DNA of 64,000 bases, from NCBI GenBank assembly GCA_963792585.1, contig CAWBWI010000003.1, forward strand, positions 320,001-384,000. The letters run 5' to 3'. The notes beneath the pieces were generated by a model. It ran no database searches. It was not told the origin of the DNA and saw nothing but the letters and a program-made list of their open reading frames with translations. Below are positions 30,610 through 39,269 of the stretch, one piece after another. Position numbers and translations under genes: made by a program. This DNA is from Candidatus Eiseniibacteriota bacterium (lineage in GTDB: Bacteria > Eisenbacteria > RBG-16-71-46 > CAIMUX01 > VGJL01). The number at the start of each line of letters is the position of its first letter. Within the stretch, counting starts at the first letter, position 1.

Positions 30610-30921
30610 TCAAGAACACCACGAGCGCCTTGCCGACAATCGGACATAGAACTTTCCGAGCCCACGCCTCTTTGGGTCATGATCGAGCGTCGACCCGTGA
30701 TAGACCCTCAGGATGTGGGCAACGTCCGGCGGGATCGAAAGGACCACGCCCTCGACCTCGATCTTCTGGTCCCCGGCCTGCGGCTCTTCCAGAGCCAACC
30801 CCAAGCGGGGACCACCTCAGGTATAGTCGTCGATCAGGATTCGGGCGACTCTTCCGGGGACCGGATCGTCCGAGAGGACCGTGCGGAGGTACTCCCGGGC
30901 GGTCGGACTGATCTTGATCAA
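30610..30921 (-). CDS. HesB/IscA-like selenoprotein (Sec at codon 35, TGA 30817-30819)
   Basis: Manual translation MIKISPTAREYLRTVLSDDPVPGRVARILIDDYT-U-GGPRLGLALEEPQAGDQKIEVEGV...WCS; TTG start overlaps the thioredoxin stop (TTGA); hairpin immediately 3' of the TGA. Confidence 0.85.
30767..30814 (-). promoter_or_regulatory. Putative bacterial SECIS element
   Basis: mRNA UGGUCCCC-GCUUG-GGGU-UGGCUC-UGGAA-GAGCCG-CAGGC-C-GGGGACCA folds into three stacked stems starting 2 nt after UGA, with G at loop position 2 about 25 nt from UGA. Confidence 0.7.
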
Positions 30922-31301
30922 GAGCCCACCGCCGCCGACTTGAGCGCGTGGCGGTCAAGCCACTCGCGGAGCGGGCGCAGGGGCATCGCGCCGACCGCGT
31001 GATCGACGGCCTTGCCATCCTTGAAGAGGATCATCGTCGGGATGCTCGAGATCCCGAAGGCCGCGGCGGTCTGCGGGCTCTCATCCACGTTCAGCTTCAC
31101 GATTCGAAGTCGACCTTGGTATTCGGGCCCGATCTCCTCCAAGAGGCCACCCACCAGCCTGCAAGGGGCGCACCAGGGCGCCCAGAAATCGACGAGGACC
31201 GGCGTCTTCGAGGCGAGGACCTCCGCGGCGAAATTCGTATCGTCAACCGACTGCGGCTTGCCAGGCACCGCCTTCTTGTCGAACAGATCTCGTAGGGACA
31301 T
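30918..31301 (-). CDS. trxA: Thioredoxin
   Basis: PVLVDFWAPWCAPC, KLNVDE, ISSIPT; ATG 31301 behind AAGGAG. Confidence 0.93.
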   Translation of the reverse strand: MSLRDLFDKKAVPGKPQSVDDTNFAAEVLASKTPVLVDFWAPWCAPCRLVGGLLEEIGPEYQGRLRIVKLNVDESPQTAAAFGISSIPTMILFKDGKAVDHAVGAMPLRPLREWLDRHALKSAAVGS

Positions 31302-31421
31302 GGAGTCGCTCCTTTCGATCGGCGCCCAAAGGCCGCCGTCCGGGTGGGGGTTCATTCCACCCTTCATCCTGTTGGATGCAGCGGCGGCAAGAAGGATTCA
31401 GACTTTAATGGGCCGCGGGAA

Positions 31422-32597
31422 TCAACGATCGGAGGAAGCCGGGGCCGTCGGGGGGCGGGTCTGCGGAGCGAGGGCATCGGCATAGGCGGCGAGCACGGTG
31501 TCCCCGAGGGTGGGGATCGAGAAGACCGACTGGACCCTGGCCCGTCCCGCCTCGCCGAACTGCGCGCGGCGGCGGGGATCTTCGAGGAGGGTGATCAGCG
31601 CCCCGGCGAGCTCGGTCGGCGAAGCCGGGGGAACCAACCACCCGGTCTCTCCATGAACGACGACCTCAGGGATCCCGCCCGCCTGCGACGCGACCACGGG
31701 AAGTCGCGCGGCCATCGCGTCCAGGATCGATGTCCCGAGCCCTTCCTCCACCGAGGGATGGGCGAAGATGTCGAAGGTGTGCAGGAAACGCGCGACGTCG
31801 GTGCGGAAACCGGCGAAGGTCACCCGTGTCTGCAGGCTCCGCTCCCAGCAGTCTCGGCGCAACTCCGCCTCGAGGGGTCCGTCGCCGAAGACCACGAGAT
31901 GGGCCTCGGGCCGCTCGGCGAGGATCCGCGGCATCGCGGCGATCAGGTGCCGATGCCCTTTGTGGGGAACGAGCGATCCGACCGCCCCGATCAGACCCGC
32001 GGCCTCGGGGATTCCCAGTTCCGTGCGCAGGGCGGCGCGATCGTCGTCGGCGTAGACGTCCAGTCGGGTGGGGTCGATGCAAGAGCGAACGACCCGAAGG
32101 CGTTCGGCCGGAACGCCATGCTGTTCGAGCACCCTACGAACGGCGTCCGAGACACAGAGAAACAGGCAGGGGTCCGACGTGTAGCGCATCCGGGTCAGTG
32201 GGTCCCCGCTCGGGGGAAAGTCCACGCGCCGGTGCACGACGAAAGCGGGCTTGTGGTCTTTCGGGAGGCCCGGAAGCCGGAGGGCGAAGAAGCCCAGGCT
32301 GTGCGCGTTGGCCGTATGGGTGTGAAGGACAGCGGCGTCCGTCTCCTGGATCGCCTGGACGAGAGCGCGGATCGCGATCGGATCGCCCGCGCCGTGATAG
32401 GAGATCTCGCGGACGGGAAGATCCAGGGCGCGGGCCCGCTGCGCCAGAGGGCTCCCCCTTGGGGTCATGACGATCGAGAGATGCCCGCGGGCGGTGAGCT
32501 CGCCGGAAAGGTAGAGAACCTGTTGTTGACCACCCCTCCACTCCCGACCCGTGTCGAGATGGAGAACCCGAAGAGCAGTCCTGGCCGTCGGTTCCAA
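31422..32597 (-). CDS. Glycosyltransferase family 4
   Basis: WRGGQQQ, HRRVDF, HKGH, GFRTDV and PSVEEGLGTSILDAMA. Confidence 0.9.
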   Translation of the reverse strand: MEPTARTALRVLHLDTGREWRGGQQQVLYLSGELTARGHLSIVMTPRGSPLAQRARALDLPVREISYHGAGDPIAIRALVQAIQETDAAVLHTHTANAHSLGFFALRLPGLPKDHKPAFVVHRRVDFPPSGDPLTRMRYTSDPCLFLCVSDAVRRVLEQHGVPAERLRVVRSCIDPTRLDVYADDDRAALRTELGIPEAAGLIGAVGSLVPHKGHRHLIAAMPRILAERPEAHLVVFGDGPLEAELRRDCWERSLQTRVTFAGFRTDVARFLHTFDIFAHPSVEEGLGTSILDAMAARLPVVASQAGGIPEVVVHGETGWLVPPASPTELAGALITLLEDPRRRAQFGEAGRARVQSVFSIPTLGDTVLAAYADALAPQTRPPTAPASSDR

Positions 32598-32683
32598 TAT
32601 CGAATTTCCTCTCCGGTCGCCTTGAATCGTCGGACCCGCTCGGATTCTACATTGGGCCGGGCAACGGGAGGAACCTCAAGGGC

Positions 32684-34036
32684 CTAGCCGTTAGCAGGCG
32701 TTGAGGTTGCCGCCTGAGCGGCCCGACTTCGAAATGCCAACCAGGCCAGCTGGGCGACCGCCCCCGCCACGAGTCCCGCCAGAGCGACGTAGATTCCGGT
32801 CATGCCGCCATACCGGATACCCGCCAAGAGGACAATGGTGTTGACCGCAAGGTATACCCCCACAGCCTCGGTGATTCCGCGGGTCTTGCGGCTGTGGAGG
32901 ATCTGCCCCTGAAACCAGCTCTGAAGGACCGCCTGGGCGGGCATCAGGAGGATGATCAGGGTTCCGCGACGGCCGAGGTCGGCGAGGGGGACCGGCAGGG
33001 CCGAGATGCGTCCGAAGTAGAGCCCGGCGAGCGGGGTTGCCGCGATGAGAAGGAGCAGCAGGGAGGTCGTCGCCCCGAGCATCAGCGCAAAACGGCGGAG
33101 GGCCGCGCCGGCGCCGGGGCGGTCGAGCAGCGCCACGACAACTTCGTTGAAGGCGATCCCGATGCTGCGGAAGGCGAAGCCGAGTCCGCTGATGACCGGC
33201 CAGACTGCGAGTGAATCGAGTGCCCGGGGCATCCGGCTCACCGCCGCACTTCCGATAGGTCCGCTGAGCAGCATCAGCAGGGGCGTCATGGCGAGCGGAA
33301 TGTAAAAGGTATAGAACTCGCGCAAGGTCAATGCGTGGGCGATCGCCGGCGCCGCGCGGAGCTGATTCGCAACTACAGGCCGAGCCGCCAAGCCAATGAA
33401 GACAGCCTCGGAGACGACGCCGAAGGCGACCGCGGTCGCGCCGACAACGATGCCCGGAATCGAGTGGATCGCATAGCCGATCGCGAGAATGATCACATTC
33501 CCGGACAGGCGAATCACCGTCCCGATCCCGACGCTGTGAGAGCGGCCGAAGCGGATGAGCACGCCCTGGTGCAGGCGCCGGTAGGCGATAGCGAATGTCC
33601 ACGGCGTCATGATGATGAGACCGATCCGCGCCGGCCCCCGAATCTCCTCAGGCGCGTGGATCAGATTCCCGACGACGAAGCCATAGAGCGGTGTGAGGGC
33701 CACGACCAGGTGGAGCACGGTCAGCCCGGCGCCGGTCCAGAGCATGAATCGACGGAGAAGTTCGTACGAACGATGATCCCTGGAGAGGGCGGTCGATGCG
33801 GACAGCAGCATGATGATCGGCGCCTCGACGATCATCGACAGGGGGAAGACGATCCCTCCATATGCGGCCAGGTGGATCTTCGGATCTGCGAGGCGAGCCA
33901 TGATCGCGCTGACGAGCGGCAGTTCGGCGGACATCAACAGCCAGCTCGCCGCGAGAGGCCACCAGGTGCGGGCGACCGCTCTCACGGTGAGGGGTTGATC
34001 CGCCGCCGTAGGGTTTGTTCCTTGATTCGACCGCAC
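32684..34036 (-). CDS. MATE/MOP-superfamily-like membrane protein
   Basis: About 12 hydrophobic segments in two repeated halves (WWPLA.../FYIPLA...; QGVLIRFGR/QGQILHSRK). Confidence 0.6.
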   Translation of the reverse strand: MRSNQGTNPTAADQPLTVRAVARTWWPLAASWLLMSAELPLVSAIMARLADPKIHLAAYGGIVFPLSMIVEAPIIMLLSASTALSRDHRSYELLRRFMLWTGAGLTVLHLVVALTPLYGFVVGNLIHAPEEIRGPARIGLIIMTPWTFAIAYRRLHQGVLIRFGRSHSVGIGTVIRLSGNVIILAIGYAIHSIPGIVVGATAVAFGVVSEAVFIGLAARPVVANQLRAAPAIAHALTLREFYTFYIPLAMTPLLMLLSGPIGSAAVSRMPRALDSLAVWPVISGLGFAFRSIGIAFNEVVVALLDRPGAGAALRRFALMLGATTSLLLLLIAATPLAGLYFGRISALPVPLADLGRRGTLIILLMPAQAVLQSWFQGQILHSRKTRGITEAVGVYLAVNTIVLLAGIRYGGMTGIYVALAGLVAGAVAQLAWLAFRSRAAQAATSTPANG

Positions 34037-34068
34037 ACGCGATTCTAGCGATCGCGCGCACGAGTCCG

Positions 34069-35106
34069 CTAGGGATCTCGCACTCCGGCCGGTTCCGGAT
34101 TCCAGCCGAGTTGGATCACCTCGAAGTCACCCGCCTTGATGCTGTCGAAGGCGGGATTCAGCAGATCGTTGTCCCAGCGCGGGTCCATGGTCCCCTGGAT
34201 GTACATGTCCGACCCATTGTCGGCGACGATCAGACCGTAGGTCTTCATCGCCTGCAGGAGCCGGCGTATGGGCGCCGGGTAACCGGATATGTCCTTGTCC
34301 GCCCTGAGTCGCAGACGCGCCCCCATGGGGGGAGCGTCCGGATCGTCGCCCGCTTCGTGCGAGGCTGGCCAGACATAGCCGTTCGTCGCACGTGTCGTGA
34401 ACCGGAAGGCGTGGTGCACGGGCGCCGTGCCGTAGGCGTCCTCGTATCGGATCAGTCCGGGGAAGATTGCGAGGCCCGCGGCATCGGCCGAAGTCCATCC
34501 GTCCGGGCGGCGATCGTTGGTTGCGAGATTCCAGGTCGCGCCGGAGCCTGCCTCCCAGCGTTGCAGGGTGTTATTCCAGCGGGTCGCGAACGTCTCGAAG
34601 AGAAGCCAGTGATCTCGATCGATCAAGATCATGTGCCGATCGCCGCTGTTACCCCCTCCGGGGATTCCTCCCTCGATGTAGTTGGGAAGGGTTCGCGCCT
34701 CTACCGGGACCGGATATCCGGGGGGTCTCCCCGGCGCGCCAGGATCGCTTTCGCCGGGATACGAGACGAATGTGATCTCCAGCAGCGGCTGATCTCCCGC
34801 AACGCCGACATAGGGGATCCCATAGGGTGGCGGTCCGAAGTCGGGATGAAGCCCGCGCGTCCCGCCGATCCATTCGATGAGTTCCTCCGACCGGGAATCG
34901 ACAGGCGCCTGCGCGATGTCGAGGTTCCACCAGTTGTCCGTGGGGAAGACCTGCCGGTCGGAGAAGTCCTCCAGGAGCACAACCCCTCGAAAATCCGCAA
35001 GATCCTCGACGGAGCCCGGAGGGGTGTCGACGATCCGTGTGGGGCGCTCTGCGCATCCGGCGAGCGCCGCAAACGGCGCGAGGAGGAGAAGCAAGAGCGG
35101 TCGCAT
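34069..35106 (-). CDS. Conserved hypothetical lipoprotein
   Basis: Lipobox LAGC; FPTDNWWN.DI..APVD, YGIPY, GDRH, WTSADAAGL, KTYGLIVADNGS blocks. Confidence 0.7.
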   Translation of the reverse strand: MRPLLLLLLAPFAALAGCAERPTRIVDTPPGSVEDLADFRGVVLLEDFSDRQVFPTDNWWNLDIAQAPVDSRSEELIEWIGGTRGLHPDFGPPPYGIPYVGVAGDQPLLEITFVSYPGESDPGAPGRPPGYPVPVEARTLPNYIEGGIPGGGNSGDRHMILIDRDHWLLFETFATRWNNTLQRWEAGSGATWNLATNDRRPDGWTSADAAGLAIFPGLIRYEDAYGTAPVHHAFRFTTRATNGYVWPASHEAGDDPDAPPMGARLRLRADKDISGYPAPIRRLLQAMKTYGLIVADNGSDMYIQGTMDPRWDNDLLNPAFDSIKAGDFEVIQLGWNPEPAGVRDP

Positions 35107-35342
35107 GGGAAAAGCACGTGCGATCGCGCGATGGAAGATCCAGATCGGCGCAGGGAATTGTGAGGGGCACACAGTCCCACCCGTATCATGCACCCTTCCC
35201 ATGAAGAACCCCCGTGCCCCTCGAGGAGATGATCGGCGAAACCGGAGAAAAGCGCACCGTAATCATTTTCAGTGTTTCCGATGGGATGGCTTGGAACTTG
35301 CCCTCGCGCGATCTCGGGGGACGGGCCAGAGGAGGGGATGGA

Positions 35343-36569
35343 TCACCGGGCCCGGGAGTAGATCTCCTTCGCGGCCGGGAAGGGGCGAAGCGCGCGTTCG
35401 AAGAGGCCGAGGGAATAGGCGATCGCCATGCCGTAATTCGTGATCGAGACTCCCGCCCGGCGACAGCGTAGAACCCTCGAGAGCATCTCGCGCCGGTTGA
35501 TCATGCAGGCGCCGCAGTGGACGACGAGCCGGTAGGAGGACAGATCTTCGGGGAAATCGTGCCCCTGGACGGTGGTGAAGTCGAGTGAGCCGCCGACATA
35601 CTGGGTCAGCCATCGCGGGATCTTGGTCCGCCCGATGTCGTCAGCGATGGGGTGATGGGAACAAGCTTCGGCGACGAGGACGCGATCTCCCGGCCGCAGG
35701 GAGTCGATCTCCATGGCGCCCCGCACGAACTCGGAGAGATCGCCCTTGAACCTCGAAAAGAGAATCGAAAAGGAGGTCAAAGGCACATCGGCGGGCGTGT
35801 CGGCGGCGACCTTGAGGAACGCCTGGGAGTCGGTGACCACGATCGCGGGTGGACAGCGGAGGCGCGCGAGGGCTTCCTGCAACTCCCCTTCCTTGACCAC
35901 CATGCAGAACGAATCTCCGTCGAGCAGGTCCCGGATCGTCTGCACCTGGGGAAGGATCAACCGGCCCTTGGGGGCCTCCTTGTCAATGGGGACGACGAGC
36001 ACCGCCATCTCTCCGGGCGGCACGAGATCGCTCAGGATGACGGGCGCGTTGATGAAGTCATCGGGAACAATTCGAATGAGGACTTCGCGAAGATCGAGGA
36101 TTCCTTCCCCTGTCGCGGCGTTCGTGTTCGCGCTCGGCGTCGCGAGCGCTTCAAGACGCGCCCGGATGTCACCCGCCGGCGTCGCCCGGTCGATCTTGTT
36201 GAAGACGACGATCGTGGGGATCGAGCGGTCGCGTAGCTCCGCGAGTAGATCCTCCTCAAATGGCGTCCAGCACCCGGCCTCGGTGACCAGAAAGGCGACG
36301 TCGGTCCGGTCCAGGACGGCGCGTGTCCTCCCGACACGCATCTCGCCGAGCATGCCCGTGTCGTCGATGCCGGCGGTGTCGATGAAGAGGACGGGTCCCA
36401 ATGGGAGCATCTCCATCGGCTTTTCGACGGGATCCGTGGTCGTTCCCGGCACCTCCGAGACGATCGAGACATGCTGCCGCGTCAGGGCGTTCAGCAGCGA
36501 AGACTTGCCGACGTTACGTCGGCCGTAAATCCCAATGTGCAACCGAACGGAACGGGGCGCGGCCCTCAC
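35343..36569 (-). CDS. hydF: [FeFe]-hydrogenase maturation GTPase HydF
   Basis: GRRNVGKSS, GTTTDPV, DTAG, NKID, APKGRLILPQ, EACSHH and HCGACM. Confidence 0.97.
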   Translation of the reverse strand: MRAAPRSVRLHIGIYGRRNVGKSSLLNALTRQHVSIVSEVPGTTTDPVEKPMEMLPLGPVLFIDTAGIDDTGMLGEMRVGRTRAVLDRTDVAFLVTEAGCWTPFEEDLLAELRDRSIPTIVVFNKIDRATPAGDIRARLEALATPSANTNAATGEGILDLREVLIRIVPDDFINAPVILSDLVPPGEMAVLVVPIDKEAPKGRLILPQVQTIRDLLDGDSFCMVVKEGELQEALARLRCPPAIVVTDSQAFLKVAADTPADVPLTSFSILFSRFKGDLSEFVRGAMEIDSLRPGDRVLVAEACSHHPIADDIGRTKIPRWLTQYVGGSLDFTTVQGHDFPEDLSSYRLVVHCGACMINRREMLSRVLRCRRAGVSITNYGMAIAYSLGLFERALRPFPAAKEIYSRAR

Positions 36570-36823
36570 GATCCAAACCTCGTTGCGCGGTCGGGGGATC
36601 CAGGGCCGTGACGCCCATGTGCGCTCGAGACGGCGTGCAACTCATCGTTCATCCAGGCGCAGGCGAGCTTCACCTCGCCACATGCGCGAATCATCGCGCG
36701 ATCGATCGATTGTCCGGGGAAAGGGAAGTTCTCGGCGGCCCGAACGGCATGGATGCCATAGAGGGCACCGCCGGGAACTTCCCGGATCCCCAGAGAATCA
36801 CGCTCCGTGCGGGAATCGCTCAT
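36566..36823 (-). pseudogene. aspA: Aspartate ammonia-lyase remnant (N-terminal ~60 codons plus a short tail)
   Basis: RTERDSLG.REVP..ALYGIHAVRAAENF...VKLACA..N.EL matches the aspartase/fumarase N-terminus; only 85 codons. Confidence 0.8.
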
Positions 36824-38244
36824 ACGAGGAGATCCCGCTCACCGGACTCGGAGATCCTGCGGAGACGGTTGGCGATCTCACGCTTCATGGGCCCTTCCTC
36901 GAGGCGGGCCATCTCGTCGTCGATCTTGCGCAGACCCGCCGCACGGGTCTCCGGAGAAGCGTGATCGACGAGGTACTCCATCAGGGTCGTCAGGGCGTTG
37001 GGCGTGCAGAAGCGTTGGATGAAGCCTGGAATCGCGTATTCCATGAAGACCTCGCCCGTACGCCCCACGCGGTAGCAGGCGGTGCAGAAACTCGGCATGT
37101 GGCCGGTCTCGATCAGCTCGCGGATCACTTCGTCGAGGGGGCGCCTGTCGCCGAGCGTGAACTGCTCCCGCTCGATCGCCTGCACATCCGAGGAATCCGT
37201 ATAGCCGCCGAGTTCGATCCGGCTGCCGCCGTCGATCTGGGAGACGCCGAAGTCGATCGCCCCACGGCGGACATCGGCGGTTTCGCGGGCGGTGAGGATC
37301 ATCCCGGTGTATGGAACCGAGACGCGCAGGATCGCAATCAGGAGGAGCAGATCCGCGTCCGAGACGGAAGGAGCCCCTTTGAAGTCGACACCCTGGGCGG
37401 GACGAATGCGCGGGAAGCTGATCGTGTGGGGACCGACGCCGTAGCGATCGAAGAGATGGCGCGCGTGCGCAACGAGGCCGAGGGTGTCGATGCGCCAGTC
37501 GGCGAGACCGAACAGCGCGCCGATGCCGACGTCGTCGCATCCGGCTTCGATCGCCCTGCTCGGGCCGTCGAGTCGCCAGAGGAAGTCGCCCTTTCGTGAA
37601 CTGCTCGGGTGCATCCGCCCATAGACTTCGTGGTCGTAGGTCTCCTGGAAGATCTGGTATGTGCCGATCCCAGCGGCTTTGACGACCTTGTATCCGTCAT
37701 GATCGAGGGGCGCCGCATTCACGTTGACCCTGCGAATTTCATCATGGCCGGTGCGCGTGGCGTAGACCTCCCGTACCGCGGCGGCGATCGCCTCCGCGTC
37801 ATAGCGAGGATGCTCTCCGAAGACGAGGATCAATCTCTTGTGACCGACCCCCTCGAGGGCGCGGACCTGTTCCCTGATCTCCGCGGGATCGAGTGTGCGG
37901 CGCACTGCGTCCGGGTTCGATCTGCGGAAAGCGCAGTAGGCGCAGTCGTTCACGCAATCGTTCCCGATGTACAGGGGGGCGAAGAGGACGATTCGGTCGC
38001 CGTAGACGCGCCGCTTGAGCTCGCGAGCGGTTTCCTGGATCTCCTCGCGAAGAGCCGGGTCGTCCGCGCGGAGGAGATCAGCGGTTTCGTTCACGGTCAG
38101 CGCCTGCAGCGAGAGGCTCTTGGCTAGGATCTCGCGGACACGCTCAGGAGCGGGGCGGTCATGCTCCAACAGCGTGCGAAAGAGGGAGTCGTCTATGAAA
38201 TCAGCGGCGCCCTCGCTCAGTTTCATCGCGGGAAGGACCGGCAT
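36820..38244 (-). CDS. hydG: [FeFe]-hydrogenase radical SAM maturase HydG
   Basis: LFAPLYIGNDCVNDCAYC, GHKRL, FQETY, GPHTISFPR, PSFCTACYR and FC.PNAL.TL.EYL. Confidence 0.97.
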   Translation of the reverse strand: MPVLPAMKLSEGAADFIDDSLFRTLLEHDRPAPERVREILAKSLSLQALTVNETADLLRADDPALREEIQETARELKRRVYGDRIVLFAPLYIGNDCVNDCAYCAFRRSNPDAVRRTLDPAEIREQVRALEGVGHKRLILVFGEHPRYDAEAIAAAVREVYATRTGHDEIRRVNVNAAPLDHDGYKVVKAAGIGTYQIFQETYDHEVYGRMHPSSSRKGDFLWRLDGPSRAIEAGCDDVGIGALFGLADWRIDTLGLVAHARHLFDRYGVGPHTISFPRIRPAQGVDFKGAPSVSDADLLLLIAILRVSVPYTGMILTARETADVRRGAIDFGVSQIDGGSRIELGGYTDSSDVQAIEREQFTLGDRRPLDEVIRELIETGHMPSFCTACYRVGRTGEVFMEYAIPGFIQRFCTPNALTTLMEYLVDHASPETRAAGLRKIDDEMARLEEGPMKREIANRLRRISESGERDLLV

Positions 38245-38246
38245 GC

Positions 38247-39269
38247 TCAAGTCCTCCCCCGGGCGCGGGAATCGCCGCGTCCCTTTCCCACGGATCGACC
38301 CATCGCGGCGATGCGCCCGCGGAGGCATTCGTGGCAATCGTCGGCGGTTTCGAGGAGGCAGGCTTTGTCGGGATATATCGTGTAGTGCTCGCGGTACTGC
38401 GGCGGCGTGATGTTCGGCATGAGGACATTCGCGCCGCGAGCGAGGCCGAGTTCGCGTCCGGCCAGCCTGTTCACGGTTGCCAGCGCCGTCGTGCTGGGGA
38501 TGTTGGCTGCCGGACAGACGAGCCGGGCGAGGGCGACGACTTTGTAGGTCATCGTCTCGCTGTCCCACGGCGGGCAGGCCTCCGATGCCAGAGGGGTGCC
38601 CGGGTGGGGAAGGTAAGGACCGACGCCAATCATGTCGAGACCGATACGCCGGAAGGTCTCGACATCATCGGCGAGGTCCTCGCAAGTCTGTCCTGGCAAG
38701 CCAACCATCACACCACTTCCAACCTCGTATCCCAACCGTCGAAGTCGGAGGAGAATGGTTATCCGATCCGGACCACCGGCGATCAGAGGGGGGTGGATCC
38801 GCTCGTAGAGCGCCCGGTTGGAGGTCTCGAACCGCAGGAGGTATCGATCGGCGCCCGCCCGCTTCCAGCTCGCGAGATGTTCGTCATCGCGTTCGCCAAG
38901 GCTGAGCGTCACGGCGAGGGGAGTCTCCGACTTGATCGTGTGGATCGTGTCCTCGATCGCCGCCCGTGTGAGACCCAGATCCTCGCCCGACTGCAGGACG
39001 ACGGTGCCGTATCCAAGCGCGACCGCCTCGCGGGCGCAGGCGACGATCTCATCGGGCGTCATGCGGTAGCGCTCAACGGCCGAGCCGGCGCGGATCCCGC
39101 AGTAGGCGCAGAGTCGTGCGCAGTGATTCGAGATCTCGATCAGGCCGCGCAGGTGGATCGCATCCCCGACGACCGTCCGCCGGACATGGTCCGCCCGGTC
39201 CCATAGCTCCCGGAGACGGCCGGGATCCTCTTCGTGGAGCCAACGAAGGATCTCCGCGCGCTCGATCAT
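38247..39269 (-). CDS. hydE: [FeFe]-hydrogenase radical SAM maturase HydE
   Basis: RGLIEISNHCARLCAYCG, VVLQSGED, RYLLRFET, IPSTTAL, GANVLMPNITP and Y.IYP.K. Confidence 0.96.
   Translation of the reverse strand: MIERAEILRWLHEEDPGRLRELWDRADHVRRTVVGDAIHLRGLIEISNHCARLCAYCGIRAGSAVERYRMTPDEIVACAREAVALGYGTVVLQSGEDLGLTRAAIEDTIHTIKSETPLAVTLSLGERDDEHLASWKRAGADRYLLRFETSNRALYERIHPPLIAGGPDRITILLRLRRLGYEVGSGVMVGLPGQTCEDLADDVETFRRIGLDMIGVGPYLPHPGTPLASEACPPWDSETMTYKVVALARLVCPAANIPSTTALATVNRLAGRELGLARGANVLMPNITPPQYREHYTIYPDKACLLETADDCHECLRGRIAAMGRSVGKGRGDSRARGRT

Noticed and set aside
31302..31421. Autoregulatory ECF promoter upstream of trxA (TGAATC...ATCCAA on the - strand)
   Set aside because: Plausible spacing, but I cannot assign the ECF group consensus, so it is unsupported.
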